Shown: positions 52,701 through 63,754 of the stretch, piece by piece
How positions within the stretch are numbered: position 1 is the first letter of the stretch
How the letters are laid out: every line of letters starts with the position of its first letter
NCBI GenBank assembly: GCA_963793265.1
Contig: CAWBZI010000001.1
Location: forward strand, 448,001 to 512,000
From: an uncultured cyanobacterium
GTDB taxonomy: Bacteria; Cyanobacteriota; Cyanobacteriia; Phormidesmidales; Phormidesmidaceae
Direction: 5' to 3'
Length of the DNA stretch: 64,000 nt
Notes under the pieces: generated by a model
The model's input: only the letters and a program-made list of their open reading frames with translations
Told to the model about the DNA's origin: nothing
Database searches by the model: none
Translations under genes and position numbers: made by a program

Positions 52701-54242
52701 CAGACTTCTTTCCGCAGGCCCTCTTCTCTATACGACTTATCAGGGCAGCAACTGGCTACTTTTAGTGGAGATATCACTGAGTTTAGTGAGGGCAATCAAG
52801 CGCTTCTAACTTCGTCCGAGGAAGCTACCACCTCTCGTCTCTACTCACTAAATAACGACAACATGCTAGCAAGCGTTCAGGCTGACAGCGCCATTATCTC
52901 ACCGGATAAGGCCAGTCAGCGTCTCGTAACCTACGCAGAAACGGATAATCTCTCTCGCCTATACGATTTCTCAGGTCAGCTTCTAGCTACTTTTGAAGGC
53001 AGCCGTCTAGCCTTATTTCCTGATGAACAGAGAGTCACTGCTATCTCTACTGACAATTCAATGGTTCGCCTATACGACTTATTGGGAAATCACCTTGCCA
53101 CGCTAGCAGGCCAGAAAAATACACTTAACGCATCCGACCGAAATGGCCAAGCCATTGTCACCTATTCTCGCGCCGACGAAACGTCTTTCGTATACGATTT
53201 TTCCGGTAAGCTTCTCGCATCTATCGCAGGTGTTCCCCGTGGCTTCAGCCCAGATGGCCGGGTAATACTGATAAATTCTTCTAATCAACTGGGAGCCAAT
53301 GCCTCACTGTACGACGCTTCTGGTCAGCTTATCTCCAACTTGATAGGCGATGAGACTCGCTTTAGTGCTGATAGTCAAAGGCTAGTGACTTATGAGAATG
53401 TTGATAACACATCCCGTCTCTACGACTTATCGGGTCAGCTTTTAATGTCTGCTACAGGGCGGCTGAGTTTCAATGAGGAGGGCACCAGACTTTTGAGCGC
53501 TTCTGCGGGTCAAACTGAGCTGTATGACACTTCAGGAAATCGACTGGCCTCCTTTCGCGGATCTTTTCCTCTTTTTGTTAATAGTCAAAGAATTCTCACG
53601 AGTCCGCCGCCTGCCGAGGGCGCTTCTCAAGCGGATTCACATAAAGTGAATACCACCAAACTGCTACACGATGCATCGGGTCAATTTATTGCAACCATAG
53701 AAGGGATATATTTCACGTCTAGCGAAGACGCTCAGCGCATAGTCACCTACTCTTTTGATGACAGCTTCTCCCGGCTATACGATGCGTCGGGTCAGTTGCT
53801 AGCTTCGCTCAACGGCAGTAGCCCTGTTTTGAATGAAGCGGCGCAAGCGATCGCAACCCGTTCACACTCAAAAGATACAACCTACCTTCACGACTTCTCT
53901 GGCCAACTGATTGCAACGCTTCCCGGCATGTTCGGCGGATTTAGTGAAGATAAGCAGAAAATGGTCATAACAGTTGCCGACGAAGATATCAGCCGTGTTT
54001 ACAACACAAACGGCGATCTCTTAGCAGAGTTTCCAGGGACATTAACTCATCAACAGGACAAGCTCGGCTTCACACCCGATAGCGACTATCTTTTCACCAG
54101 AACCCAGGATGGCTACTATCACCTCTGGCATTTAGACAACGGATTACAAGATCTACTAGCGCAAGGCTGTGACTGGGTAAGACCTTATCTGCAAGCCAAT
54201 CCTGAAGAGGAAAGGGCCCGCTTTTGTCTGCAAGCACAATAG
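49749..54242 (+). CDS. AAA_35 ATPase + TM + coiled-coil + WD40-like beta-propeller repeat protein
   Basis: 'YQIGGSL...YVTRQAD', 'RQMGKSS', 'IFIDEVD', 'GGQPFLTQK'; TM '[16 protein letters not shown]'; A/E/Q-rich coil; many '[10 protein letters not shown]' repeats. Confidence 0.88.
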   Translation: MNAGYHASPYQIGGSLQLNAPTYVTRQADSELYEGLSAGEFCYVLNCRQMGKSSLRVRAMARLQAEGTACVAIQMTDIIDEETTPEQFYAGVIDSITTDLNLDFDNLDWWEANGHLSLVKRFSKFVETVLLRRIASDVVIFIDEVDRVLSLPFKVNGFFAAIRECYNKRADSSIYRRLTFALLGVATPSDLISDKRSTPFNVGRAVELTGFTLAEARPLADGLGVDDQEKALAAILKWTGGQPFLTQKICRLVAAAHAPQGQSVADWVDGLIQQNVVQNWQSNDEPEHLRTIRDRLLSDEQKSARLLGLYQQILARGGLAVENANADHIDLRLSGLVVERQGQLRIYNLIYAAIFNATWVGQQLAELRPYSVAIAAWLASNRLDKSWLLEGRDLREAKQWSADKVLPPEDYAFLAASQELATEAVEEARQTLAQANRTLADANVESTARISSANKRLRIGSGILMGTIALFAFTGVYASQRIGTAQSESEQAQQDSLAAADQIQQAEADLEAASIVQAALEEKTEKTELEVAQAEEKSEKIEAESQQKIGEAEQKVEVAQRRIEQAAVQAEHARAATEQAEAEQAIAQVKATEAEENAVAAQAQVAAAQTQVEIAQQAEADIRQQQQTIRAGIDLERRSAALLRRPPVQQAGLGFLLDAITVAREAEQLLASSNQDDATDFTREHPAASLALRTAVNSVLEKAEVKGDRPVFSPDGNRIATSNTFENQTFLYDLSGQLIRAYDGTNPLFSGDNQQLLTSSTGSDIIYLYDISGALRLRLDGKSASFSQNSQKILYAQGAVATSVLYDIASDRTVSFNGYSPQFAQGDQRIVTTSFIDEKVYVYDLSGELLRTFEGTFPRLSEDGQRLALSSGDRSLLYDLSGRQIAEMEGISPNISKDGQRVATSKLPDAYFYDAAGNLLSFLEGSSAPVFSEDSQHFATSLSNRFAINLYDFSGQLLSSLEGKTPLFNRGGNLIAVSAAGYREQTSFRRPSSLYDLSGQQLATFSGDITEFSEGNQALLTSSEEATTSRLYSLNNDNMLASVQADSAIISPDKASQRLVTYAETDNLSRLYDFSGQLLATFEGSRLALFPDEQRVTAISTDNSMVRLYDLLGNHLATLAGQKNTLNASDRNGQAIVTYSRADETSFVYDFSGKLLASIAGVPRGFSPDGRVILINSSNQLGANASLYDASGQLISNLIGDETRFSADSQRLVTYENVDNTSRLYDLSGQLLMSATGRLSFNEEGTRLLSASAGQTELYDTSGNRLASFRGSFPLFVNSQRILTSPPPAEGASQADSHKVNTTKLLHDASGQFIATIEGIYFTSSEDAQRIVTYSFDDSFSRLYDASGQLLASLNGSSPVLNEAAQAIATRSHSKDTTYLHDFSGQLIATLPGMFGGFSEDKQKMVITVADEDISRVYNTNGDLLAEFPGTLTHQQDKLGFTPDSDYLFTRTQDGYYHLWHLDNGLQDLLAQGCDWVRPYLQANPEEERARFCLQAQ

Positions 54243-54338
54243 CTCTACCTTTCCGCAGAATCCTATAGCGCGGCTGCATTGCTAATGTAAGGAAGTAATT
54301 ATCGCTAAGTTTTCCTTAAACGAGCCGCTATCAAACCT

Positions 54339-54863
54339 ATGAAAAAACGTCATCTTCTACAGACTGGTGGAGCGCTTGTGGGCCTAGTCGCCCTCTTCCG
54401 CCTCCCCTTTTTCAGAAGCAAACTCAACCCTCCCAATCCTGAAGCCGAACCCGTTTCAAATACTGACTTCGAGATCACTAAGACAAAGGAAGAGTGGCGT
54501 GAAATATTAGGGCCCAAAGAATTTGCCGTGCTCCGCGAACACGATACTGAACCGCCTTTTAGTAGCCCGCTCGACAAGCTATACGCGCCCGGCATCTATA
54601 ACTGCGCAGGCTGTCAAAATCCGGTATACCTTTCTGAAACTAAGTTCGACAGCGGCATAGGCTGGCCCAGCTTTTACGCCCCAATTGATGAAGACGCTAT
54701 AGGCACCTCCATTGATAACACGCTGTTTATGACCCGCACTGAAGTGCATTGCGATCGCTGCGGCGGACACTTAGGCCATATCTTTAACGACGGCCCTGAG
54801 CCTACCGGCAAACGCCACTGCCTCAACGGCATCGCGCTAGAGTTCACACCAGCAGTCACTTAG
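54339..54863 (+). CDS. msrB: Peptide-methionine (R)-S-oxide reductase
   Basis: 'TEPPF', 'KFDSGIGWPSF', 'RTEVHC..CGGHLGHIFNDGP.PTGKRHCLNG'. Confidence 0.95.
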   Translation: MKKRHLLQTGGALVGLVALFRLPFFRSKLNPPNPEAEPVSNTDFEITKTKEEWREILGPKEFAVLREHDTEPPFSSPLDKLYAPGIYNCAGCQNPVYLSETKFDSGIGWPSFYAPIDEDAIGTSIDNTLFMTRTEVHCDRCGGHLGHIFNDGPEPTGKRHCLNGIALEFTPAVT

Positions 54864-55017
54864 GGATAAAAAATTCGGTCAATTAGACATAAGCGCTTCT
54901 GCAATGATCTGCAACGGATATCCGCTACGGCGTGAACCCATGGTCTACTATAAATAACTGACCTGATGCAAGGTCTTTGAGTCGTTACTACTGCGCTTTT
55001 TGGTACGCACATTCGCT

Positions 55018-56430
55018 ATGAGCAAAGGCACCCTATTTGACAAAGTTTGGAACGCACATACCGTAGGCACGCTGCCTTCTGGCCAAACTCAGCTATTCAT
55101 CGGCCTGCACCTAATTCATGAGGTGACGAGCCCCCAAGCCTTTGCCATGCTCAATGAGCGCCAGCTAAAGGTGATGTACCCACAGCGCACTATCGCCACC
55201 GTTGATCACATTGTTCCGACTGAAGACCAGTCACGGCCCTTTGCCGATCCGATGGCTGAAAAGATGATGAGCGCGCTTGAGGCGAATACCAAAGAGCACG
55301 GCATTCAGTTTTTTAATGTGGGTTCGGGCAGTCAGGGCATTGTGCATGTGATTGCGCCTGAGCAAGGGCTGACGCAGCCGGGGATGACGATTGCCTGTGG
55401 TGATAGCCATACTTCGACGCACGGGGCTTTTGGTGCGATCGCATTCGGTATCGGCACCAGCCAAGTGCGCGACGTACTCGCCTCCCAAACCCTAGCACTT
55501 GCCAAGCTCAAAGTTCGCCGCATTGAAGTGAATGGCGAGCTGCCGACAGGCGTCTATGCCAAAGACATCATTCTGCACGTGATTCGCAAGCTTGGAGTCA
55601 AAGGCGGCGTAGGATTTGCCTATGAATTTGCAGGCAGCGCGATTGAAAGCCTATCGATGGAAGGGCGAATGACGCTATGTAATATGTCGATTGAAGGCGG
55701 CGCGCGCTGTGGGTATGTGAACCCCGATCAAACGACTTACGAGTACATAAAGGGTCGTGATTTTGCGCCTAAAGCTGAGCAGTGGGATAGCGCTGTGGCC
55801 TGGTGGGAGAGCCTGCGCAGTGACGCCAATGCTGAGTATGACGACTTTGTACAGTTTGACGCGGCTGAGATCGCCCCGACAATCACCTGGGGAATTACGC
55901 CCGGTCAGGGCATTGGTGTAAACGAGTCTATTCCCAAGCCTGAGACGATGCCGGATGATGAAAGGCCAATCGCAGAAGAAGCCTACCGTTACATGCAGCT
56001 TGCGCCCGGTCAGCAGATTGAAGGGGTGAAGGTGGACGTTTGCTTTATTGGAAGCTGCACGAACGGTCGGATTACTGACCTGCGCGAGGCGGCAAATGTG
56101 GCCAAAGGTCGCCACGTGGCCAGCGGCGTGAAGGCGTTTGTGGTGCCGGGCTCTGAGCGGGTAAAGCAGGAAGCTGAGGCTGAAGGGTTAGATAAGGTGT
56201 TTGTCACAGCAGGGTTTGAATGGCGAGAGCCAGGCTGCTCTATGTGCCTGGCGATGAATCCCGATAAGCTAGAGGGCACTCAAATTAGCGCGTCTTCTTC
56301 TAATCGCAACTTTAAAGGCCGACAGGGTTCTTCTTCAGGGCGCACTTTGCTCATGAGCCCGGCGATGGTCGTTTCGGCGGCGGTGACTGGACAGGTAACC
56401 GATGTTCGGCAGCTCGCCCCAGTCGGCTAA
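55018..56430 (+). CDS. leuC: 3-isopropylmalate dehydratase large subunit
   Basis: 'HEVTSPQAF', '[13 protein letters not shown]', 'FIGSCTNGR', '[11 protein letters not shown]', '[10 protein letters not shown]'. Confidence 0.97.
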   Translation: MSKGTLFDKVWNAHTVGTLPSGQTQLFIGLHLIHEVTSPQAFAMLNERQLKVMYPQRTIATVDHIVPTEDQSRPFADPMAEKMMSALEANTKEHGIQFFNVGSGSQGIVHVIAPEQGLTQPGMTIACGDSHTSTHGAFGAIAFGIGTSQVRDVLASQTLALAKLKVRRIEVNGELPTGVYAKDIILHVIRKLGVKGGVGFAYEFAGSAIESLSMEGRMTLCNMSIEGGARCGYVNPDQTTYEYIKGRDFAPKAEQWDSAVAWWESLRSDANAEYDDFVQFDAAEIAPTITWGITPGQGIGVNESIPKPETMPDDERPIAEEAYRYMQLAPGQQIEGVKVDVCFIGSCTNGRITDLREAANVAKGRHVASGVKAFVVPGSERVKQEAEAEGLDKVFVTAGFEWREPGCSMCLAMNPDKLEGTQISASSSNRNFKGRQGSSSGRTLLMSPAMVVSAAVTGQVTDVRQLAPVG

Positions 56431-56459
56431 CAGTCGGCTAAGTTCATCGCGACTAAATC

Positions 56460-57272
56460 TTAGCTAGACGCGCTGGTGTAGAACCTTAGCGCAAACTTCC
56501 ACCACCACCTGGATGCCTGGAATAAGGCGGCAGCTAAAACCGCTGAGCCCAGTAGCCAGGTGGCTTCGCTGCGGCCCATCATGGTTTGGGCAGGCACGGT
56601 GGTGAGAAAGGCAACGGGCACGACAAAGGTGAAGAATATGCGGTAGGCGGCGGGGTAGGCAGCCACGGGAAAGCGACCGGCTTCTAGGAGCGATCGCAAC
56701 ACTTCAGTCACATTAAAAATTTTGACGAACCAAATGCTGGTTGCACCCAAAATAAACCACAGGCTGTAAAGGCTGATAACGCCCAGCGCCAAAGGCGGCA
56801 GCACCGCGAGATAGGCCACAGGCGCAAGTTCTAGCTGCGAGCCTGCATAAAAAATAATCATTAGCCCAAAAATCAAATCCGGTAGGCCCCAGGGCGAAAC
56901 CGTGTGGGTGCTTAGCCAAAATTGTGAGCTGATGGGCTTGAGCAGCACAAAGTCGAGGGTGCCTTCTTGCACATAGCCGACGATTTTATTGAGGTTAGGC
57001 ACTAAAAAGGTGGCCGAGATACCTTGCAGCAGAGTAAATAGACCCAAGACGACAAGCGCCTCATTCCATGACCAGCCGTCAAAGGTGTAGCCCGTGCGGT
57101 AAAACAAAAATAGGCCAAACAGGCTACCGGCAAGCCCGCCTATGCTGCTGATCACAGCGACCACAAAGTTAACGCGGTATTCTAATTCGGCAGCGATCGC
57201 GACTCGCCAAAATAGCTGTAGCACTCGCAGATATCGCCCTACGCCTTGCCCGCTATAAAGCCCTTTGACCAT
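56460..57272 (-). CDS. ABC-2 type permease (DUF990-like)
   Basis: 'ELEYRVNF', 'GTLDFVLLKPISSQF', 'GRFPVAAYP', 'FYTSASS'. Confidence 0.88.
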   Translation of the reverse strand: MVKGLYSGQGVGRYLRVLQLFWRVAIAAELEYRVNFVVAVISSIGGLAGSLFGLFLFYRTGYTFDGWSWNEALVVLGLFTLLQGISATFLVPNLNKIVGYVQEGTLDFVLLKPISSQFWLSTHTVSPWGLPDLIFGLMIIFYAGSQLELAPVAYLAVLPPLALGVISLYSLWFILGATSIWFVKIFNVTEVLRSLLEAGRFPVAAYPAAYRIFFTFVVPVAFLTTVPAQTMMGRSEATWLLGSAVLAAALFQASRWWWKFALRFYTSASS

Positions 57273-57489
57273 CTATCTTTGACCCCAGTTCTTTAGATTC
57301 AGTTCCCAGTTTTAACTTTTTTCGCGTACATTAACTATCCGTTTGTCAATGGACATATTGCGTAACATTTGAACTGGAACTTCACCGCCAAAATAAAAGT
57401 CTTACGATAAAAGAGCAAGAATATTAAAAGTAGTCTCACCTACAAGCGATATCTCAAGCAGTAATTGCCATGCTCTCGCCTGCACCTAA

Positions 57490-58191
57490 CTATCCTGCAT
57501 TCAAATACATTTTTAGTTTCTCTTGCAGCCGCTGCCGCGCTCTAGCAATCCGAGACTTCACCGTACCGAGTGAAACGCCTGTGATATTGGCAATTTCCTC
57601 GTACGAAAGCCCCTGCAGTTCGCGCATAGCGATGGTTTTTTGAAACACGTCAGGTAGCTCGGCCATCGCCTGCTTCAGGTGATCGTGAAACTCCTGCGTC
57701 ATCATAGAATCAGCAGGCGTAGGCTCCACTGAAGGTAGCTCCCAGTCATACTGACCATCGCTGGAATAGCGAGGCGCATCTAAAGAGACAGACCCTTTGA
57801 ACCGCTTACGTTTGCGCAGTTCGTCGTAGAACAGATTCGTCGTAATTCTACCAAGCCAGCTCTTGAACTTGGCAGGCTCCTTAAGGCGGTGAATGCTGCG
57901 GTAAACACGAATCCAGACTTCCTGAGCCAGATCAGCTCTATCAGACCAGTCAGAAGCGAGGTGATACAAAAGTTTGTCAACATAGCGCTGGTAGCGGCTC
58001 ACTAGCTCTTCAAAGGCAACCCTATCCTTGTTGCACTGGTCTTGACATCGGCTAACTAAATCGTGGTTAGACAGCTCTGTTAGCGGAATTTCACTGGCAG
58101 GTGTTGTCTGTGGCTCAGATGGCGCTCGAAGCACCTGTAAGGACGCTTTGCCAAAGGTCGCAGGCTGTTTTAATGGAATTAAACTACTCAT
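57490..58191 (-). CDS. ECF RNA polymerase sigma factor (SigG/RpoE-like)
   Basis: 'AFEELVSRYQ', 'DLAQEVWIRVYR', 'FKSWLGRITTNLFYDELRKRK', 'GLSYEEIA.ITGVSLGTVKSRIARAR'. Confidence 0.92.
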   Translation of the reverse strand: MSSLIPLKQPATFGKASLQVLRAPSEPQTTPASEIPLTELSNHDLVSRCQDQCNKDRVAFEELVSRYQRYVDKLLYHLASDWSDRADLAQEVWIRVYRSIHRLKEPAKFKSWLGRITTNLFYDELRKRKRFKGSVSLDAPRYSSDGQYDWELPSVEPTPADSMMTQEFHDHLKQAMAELPDVFQKTIAMRELQGLSYEEIANITGVSLGTVKSRIARARQRLQEKLKMYLNAG

Positions 58192-58590
58192 CAGTTTTTA
58201 GAACTCAATCCTAAATGGGGCTGCACTTTTGTAGATAGAAATCTGTAAATAGAAAGTCGTAACAATGAAGACGCGGTAGACCGACAAAGCGCTCCTAGTA
58301 CAAACACTTTTGCTACCGCATCAGCATTTACCCGTACGTACGTAAGCATTTATTACTACGTGTCGCTTTGTTTAAGTCAACATAGTAAACATTACTTAGG
58401 CCATACATCAGCTAAATAGCCTAATCTTGTTCGTATTATCACTGGAAGGTTAAAAACCAATAATCGTTGAATTGATTAGAATTGATATAAAAGCATTAGC
58501 AAAGGCAGTGAAATTGATGCTCTCCTAAAAGATAGAAGGAGTCATATTTTTTACATCACTATCCATTATGCATAATGAATACATAATATA

Positions 58591-59385
58591 TTATGCGCCC
58601 ATCCCTGAGTAGCGCTTGAGGCCCGCTCGCCATAACTTACGGTTGATAACAAGAGCGATGATCCCCCAACCGGCCATTGTCAGCAGTCCTCGAACGAGAT
58701 CTACCGGTAGCCCTACTAATAGGCTGGCTGGAAAATAGATTAGGTAGGGAAAAGGCGTCCACAGTGCAAACTCTCGAATGGCCGCTGGGAAAAGCTCTAG
58801 CGGGGCGACCATGCCCGACAAGAAGGTGTAGAAGAGAAACCAAAATTGCTCGATGGCGGTCGCTCGCTCTACCCAAAAAGCCAGCATGGCAAAGGTGTAT
58901 TGAATTAAGAACCGTAGGCAAAACGACAGCATGAAAGTGAGCGATCCCCAAAAGAAAGCATAGGGTGTGGGAAGCCACATGGCGTCTGGATAGAGTAGGC
59001 AAAATAGGCCAACTAGCAGCAATATGAACGGCAGACGGGTGAGTCTTTCAGCCAAGTGACCGAAGAAGTGTCGCCAAACTGGGTCAATCGGCTGAAGCAG
59101 TAGCGGCGAAAGTTTGCCTTGCACAACTTCTTTTTCAAAATCCCAGATGACCCACACAACGGTAAGCTGCCTGGCTAAGAAGACGGCCAGGAAATATCGG
59201 GCAAATTCTGTGGGGGTAAAGCCTAAGTCGCCGCTTTGCGCTGCCTGGTTCCATAGGCCCAAAAATATGAGGGGAAAGCTACCCGAAAGCACCCAAAAAA
59301 TTAGCTCTGCGCGGTATTCAACCATGTAGGCGTAATACACCGAGAGAAAGGTTCGCGCGATTCGGAAGGGGCGCGGGCTAGTCAT
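58591..59385 (-). CDS. ABC-2 type permease
   Basis: 'YMVEYRAE', 'GKLSPLLLQPIDP', 'LSGMVAPLELFP', 'RYSGMGA'. Confidence 0.88.
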   Translation of the reverse strand: MTSPRPFRIARTFLSVYYAYMVEYRAELIFWVLSGSFPLIFLGLWNQAAQSGDLGFTPTEFARYFLAVFLARQLTVVWVIWDFEKEVVQGKLSPLLLQPIDPVWRHFFGHLAERLTRLPFILLLVGLFCLLYPDAMWLPTPYAFFWGSLTFMLSFCLRFLIQYTFAMLAFWVERATAIEQFWFLFYTFLSGMVAPLELFPAAIREFALWTPFPYLIYFPASLLVGLPVDLVRGLLTMAGWGIIALVINRKLWRAGLKRYSGMGA

Positions 59386-59411
59386 AGTGTTTCGAGCGGG
59401 TAAGGAGAATA

Positions 59412-60398
59412 TTAGAGAGAGCCGGACTGAAAGACTTTACCGATAACGTCTTCAATGGGGGGTTCGGCTACGGTGAGATCTTGAATGGCGTAGTCGTTTA
59501 ATAGTTTGGAGACGCTGCGGGTTAGGTCGCTTGCTTCTACTAAAAAGGTTGCTTTGCAGCCGTCTAGCGTTTGGAGGTTGCCGTAGGCTAGAAGCGCTGA
59601 TTTTTCGACAGACTGATGGCGCTCAAATTCGACGGAGACTTCTCGATAGGGAGCAAAGCGCTCTAGCAGGCCGTCAAGCAGGCCATCGTAAATGAGGTTG
59701 CCTTGGTGGATGACTAGGACGCGATCACACAAAGCCGTAATATCAGCCATATAGTGACTCGTCAGCAGCACAGTTGCCCCGTAGCGCTGGTTATACTCCT
59801 GTAAAAACTGACGGACGGCGACCTGCGCGTTTACATCTAGACCCAGCGTCGGCTCGTCTAAGAAAAGAACTTGCGGGCGGTGGAGTAAGGCCGCTAGCAT
59901 TTCCGCCTTCATCCGCTCGCCTAAAGACAGCTTGCGCACAGGCTGCTTAATTTGCTCTTGAATAGAAAGCATTTCAGCAAGTTCACTAATGCGCTGGCGT
60001 GATTCGGTTTCTGTCAGGTTGTAGATAGCCGCGTTTATCCTTAATGAATCAAGCGCGGGCAAGTCCCAAATAAGCTGCTGCTTTTGGCCCATTACCAGCG
60101 TGATTTGGCGCAAAAACTGAGCGTCTCGTTCAAAAGGTCTGTAGCCTGAAACGCTGACGTTGCCGGTAGAGGGATGAATGAGGCCCGTAAGCATTTTGAG
60201 GGTGGTGGTTTTGCCCGCACCGTTGGCCCCCAAAAATCCGACAATCTCTCCCGGCTCAATTGTGAAGGAAACGTTTTTGACAGCTTCGATATTGCGATAG
60301 GTGCGGCGGAAGAAGTGGCGCACCGTACCTTTAAGCCCAGGCGCTTTAATCGCGACTGGGTAGACCTTGCCTAAGTTTTGAACGTCGATAATGGGCAT
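59412..60398 (-). CDS. ABC transporter ATP-binding protein
   Basis: 'GANGAGKTT', 'LSLGERM', 'FLDEPTLGLD', 'LTSH'. Confidence 0.93.
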   Translation of the reverse strand: MPIIDVQNLGKVYPVAIKAPGLKGTVRHFFRRTYRNIEAVKNVSFTIEPGEIVGFLGANGAGKTTTLKMLTGLIHPSTGNVSVSGYRPFERDAQFLRQITLVMGQKQQLIWDLPALDSLRINAAIYNLTETESRQRISELAEMLSIQEQIKQPVRKLSLGERMKAEMLAALLHRPQVLFLDEPTLGLDVNAQVAVRQFLQEYNQRYGATVLLTSHYMADITALCDRVLVIHQGNLIYDGLLDGLLERFAPYREVSVEFERHQSVEKSALLAYGNLQTLDGCKATFLVEASDLTRSVSKLLNDYAIQDLTVAEPPIEDVIGKVFQSGSL

Positions 60399-60516
60399 AG
60401 GAATGCGGCGGCGGGCGCTGCTAATTTTTCGCCGTCATTTAAGGCGCACGGTAAATCTTATCACTGGCTCACGGCTGGATCTTTCTATCTGAAGAGGGCT
60501 GGCTGTTGCTTTTCGT

Positions 60517-60915
60517 TTGAAGATGATGGAAATAACGGAAAAGACGATCTTTATCAAGATGACAAACGTGGATTTGATGGCTATCCGCCAGGCAATTGAG
60601 CAGCAAATTAAGGCATTTCAAGACGACGATGCGATCGCTGCTTTTGCTCAGGCTGCCCCCGGTATTCAAATGCAGTTTGGGACGGCTGAGAATTTTGTAG
60701 AAATGGTCAAAGCGGCCTACCCGCCTGTGCATCGGCCTCGCTCGGTGATGTTTGAGGACTTAGTGCAAATTGAAGGGTTTCCGGCTCAGCAGGTGATGCT
60801 AATGGACAATAACGGTCAGTTGATTCGAGCGACCTATACGATGCAGCAGCAGCAGTCGGGTGCGTGGAAGATTGCGGGCTGTTATTTAACGCCGATTGGG
60901 TATGAGCAGGGCTAG
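60517..60915 (+). CDS. DUF4864-like protein
   Basis: 'IEQQIKAFQDDDA.AAF.QAAPGIQMQFG.AENFVEMVK.AYPPV', 'WKIAGC'. Confidence 0.8.
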   Translation: MKMMEITEKTIFIKMTNVDLMAIRQAIEQQIKAFQDDDAIAAFAQAAPGIQMQFGTAENFVEMVKAAYPPVHRPRSVMFEDLVQIEGFPAQQVMLMDNNGQLIRATYTMQQQQSGAWKIAGCYLTPIGYEQG

Positions 60916-60917
60916 GT

Positions 60918-62225
60918 TTAGGACTGGTGATGCTCGTAAAAGTGGCCGATGAGATAGAGTGAGCCGCATAGAACGGTAGGTGAGGTTTGGATTGCAACGG
61001 GTAGTGCTGTTTTGAGATTCGGGTGAATGCAAGTGTTGATTTGAGGGCAGATGGTTTGGGCGATCGCTGCCAGGTTCTCAGGCTCTGCGCTCGAATGATC
61101 AGGTACAGGAACTAGGTGGAGGCGATCGCCTGCCCGCAAAAGTTCTGTAAAAACGCCCTCGTGATCTTTGGTGCTCAACATGCCCATAAGCCAGGTAATC
61201 GACTGATGAGGAGACGTGCGGTTGATATAGGCTCTGAGCGATCGCGCTGCATCTCTATTGTGCGCGCCGTCAATCAATAGATCTTGCCCCTTCCACTGCC
61301 CTCGCTGCAATCGTCCTGGCCATTGGACATTCGCCATGCCTTGAGTGATCGCACTATCAGGAATTTTCCAGCCCTGGGTGCGGAGGGTTTGAATGAGCGT
61401 GATCGCGCAGGCCGAATTTATCCGCTGATGATCGCCCAACAAAGTCTGCGGATACTCAATGCCGTCATAGCTCAGCCGAGGCGGGTGCGTAGAAACTTCT
61501 TCAGCAGGTGTCACCCATACTAGGGGCGCGTCGAGTTTGATTGCATGGGCCTTTATCACCTTCGCCGCTTCGTCAGGCACAGGGCCAACGATCATTGGAA
61601 CGTCAGCCTTCGTAATACCGGCTTTTTCACCTGCGATCTCAGCGATCGTATCGCCCAGTCGCTGCCAGTGATCGCGGCTGATTGAAACAACCGCAGTAGC
61701 CAGCGGCTTTTTGAATACGTTGGTCGCGTCCAATCGGCCCCCTAATCCCACTTCTACAACAGCAATATCGACCTGCTGATCAGCAAAGTATTGCCAGGCG
61801 GCGGCTGTGAAGACCTCGAACTGAGTTGGGGTTGGGATGTTTGGTGCGATCGCCTCTATCACTACTTCCAAACTACTTTGCAAAGCTTCCCAACTAATCT
61901 GCTCACCGTCTATACAAATGCGCTCCGTCCAGTCGATTAAATGGGGTGAAGTATAGCGGCCCGTGCGGTAGCCTGCGGCAGTAAGCACCGCTGATAGATA
62001 GGCGCAAACCGACCCTTTGCCATTAGTCCCGGCAATATGAACAACCGGCACCTGCGCTTGAGGATTGCCCATGTCTTGCAGCAGCCTTTCAATCCGATCC
62101 AAACCCAAATCAACGCCAAAGCGAGCATAGGTTTGCAGGCGCGCCTCAACGGCAGCTTTCGTTATTGCAGAATTTTTCATTTGCGCCTCAACAAGAAAAC
62201 CTTCATCAAAAAAGGGAGATAGCAA
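60918..62225 (-). CDS. folC: Folylpolyglutamate synthase / dihydrofolate synthase
   Basis: 'HIAGTNGKGS', 'YTSPHL', 'EVGLGGRLDATN', 'WPGRL', 'DGAHN', 'CGSLYLIG'; the true start may be ATG 62180. Confidence 0.95.
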   Translation of the reverse strand: MLSPFFDEGFLVEAQMKNSAITKAAVEARLQTYARFGVDLGLDRIERLLQDMGNPQAQVPVVHIAGTNGKGSVCAYLSAVLTAAGYRTGRYTSPHLIDWTERICIDGEQISWEALQSSLEVVIEAIAPNIPTPTQFEVFTAAAWQYFADQQVDIAVVEVGLGGRLDATNVFKKPLATAVVSISRDHWQRLGDTIAEIAGEKAGITKADVPMIVGPVPDEAAKVIKAHAIKLDAPLVWVTPAEEVSTHPPRLSYDGIEYPQTLLGDHQRINSACAITLIQTLRTQGWKIPDSAITQGMANVQWPGRLQRGQWKGQDLLIDGAHNRDAARSLRAYINRTSPHQSITWLMGMLSTKDHEGVFTELLRAGDRLHLVPVPDHSSAEPENLAAIAQTICPQINTCIHPNLKTALPVAIQTSPTVLCGSLYLIGHFYEHHQS

Positions 62226-62266
62226 ATTGCCATCTCCCCGAAGCTGTAGAGCTTTTTAGACAGTCT

Positions 62267-62608
<342 letters not shown>

Positions 62609-62692
62609 TTAAACACACATCTCCCCAGTATTGACAGCAGCACCGAAACTACAAGCTTGGTGACACTGCATATACTAATACCATTTGCGGCC

Positions 62693-63529
62693 TTAGCGGT
62701 CGTTTAGCAACGGCTTCATGATTAAGAATCCTGCACCAAAGGCCGTCACGATGATCAAAATAATCGAAAGCGCCAGCCAAATGCCGCCTATTTCCTTATT
62801 CTCTGAAGACTCTAGAGACGTGCTGCGATAGCTTCCCCCTTTCTCCGTAAATAGCTTTGGCAAGGGCGCTTTGGCCATCGCGCTTTTAATCGGAGCCTCA
62901 GTTCGTTTGAGGGACTGCTGTCTAGCTGGCTGTCTTTGAGGCGCTTGCTGCCTGGCGATGTTAGCTCTCTCAGAAATCCTGGCAGCATCTCTAGCAGCTT
63001 CACGGGCGGCTTCTTTAGCCGCAGGCTTTACAGCAGGCACCTTCATTGAATGCTTAGCTGGGTTTTGAGCGATCGGACGTGGTACGCGGCTATGGGACGT
63101 TGCTGGTGCAGCGTTTGGTGACTGCGGGGCGCGAGGGGCCTCGGATTCGCTTCTGACGAGTTTGGCTAGCGTGTCAGGGGCGATCGCGTTGGGGAAGTCC
63201 TGGCGAAAATTCTGCCCAGTGCCTTCCCCTGCCGTCTGCCGAGCAACGCCTGCAAACTGTCCTAGCTGTAGCGCTGCTTGCACCACGTTATGAATCTCTT
63301 GCTTGAGCATTTGATTCTGGCTCAGCAACTGCTGATTTCGAGAATTCAGCGAATCAATAACGGCCTGGTTTGCTCTTAGCTCAGCCGCTAGCTCCCGGTA
63401 TACCGTCATCGGTACAGAGGGCGAATAGTGAGTTGGCGCTGAATGGCTAGACTCAGCAGGGTGTGAAGACTTCATAGGTGGGGTGTGGAATGTAGTCCAA
63501 ATTAGAGCAACATCGGTGCCATTCGTCAA
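62693..63529 (-). CDS. Hypothetical protein (coiled coil, disordered linker, C-terminal TM)
   Basis: 'YSPSVPMTVYRELAAELRA' coil and C-terminal TM 'WLALSIILIIVTAFGAGFLIMKPL'. Confidence 0.75.
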   Translation of the reverse strand: MTNGTDVALIWTTFHTPPMKSSHPAESSHSAPTHYSPSVPMTVYRELAAELRANQAVIDSLNSRNQQLLSQNQMLKQEIHNVVQAALQLGQFAGVARQTAGEGTGQNFRQDFPNAIAPDTLAKLVRSESEAPRAPQSPNAAPATSHSRVPRPIAQNPAKHSMKVPAVKPAAKEAAREAARDAARISERANIARQQAPQRQPARQQSLKRTEAPIKSAMAKAPLPKLFTEKGGSYRSTSLESSENKEIGGIWLALSIILIIVTAFGAGFLIMKPLLNDR

Positions 63530-63754
63530 GGTAAAACCTGAATTAGCTGCAAATTAGCGCTAAATGACAGATCAAAACGACGAAATGCGGCGATCTAGCT
63601 TATCAAGATCGGTTGATTCAAAAAGGCAGTCTAGTTGTACCCTATTTCGCGTCAGTTCTATTGATTGTTTTTAGAGGCGCTTTAAAGGGCTATGTGTCGG
63701 TAGGCCAAATGAACGAAATTGCCTGCTACACGTCGAAGTCCTAGCAGGCGCGGT

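Noticed and set aside
51860..54130. Beta-propeller repeats as a diversity-generating retroelement or DNA-level repeat array
   Set aside because: The repeats are diverged at the nucleotide level, and I found no reverse transcriptase or template/variable repeat pair in the window.
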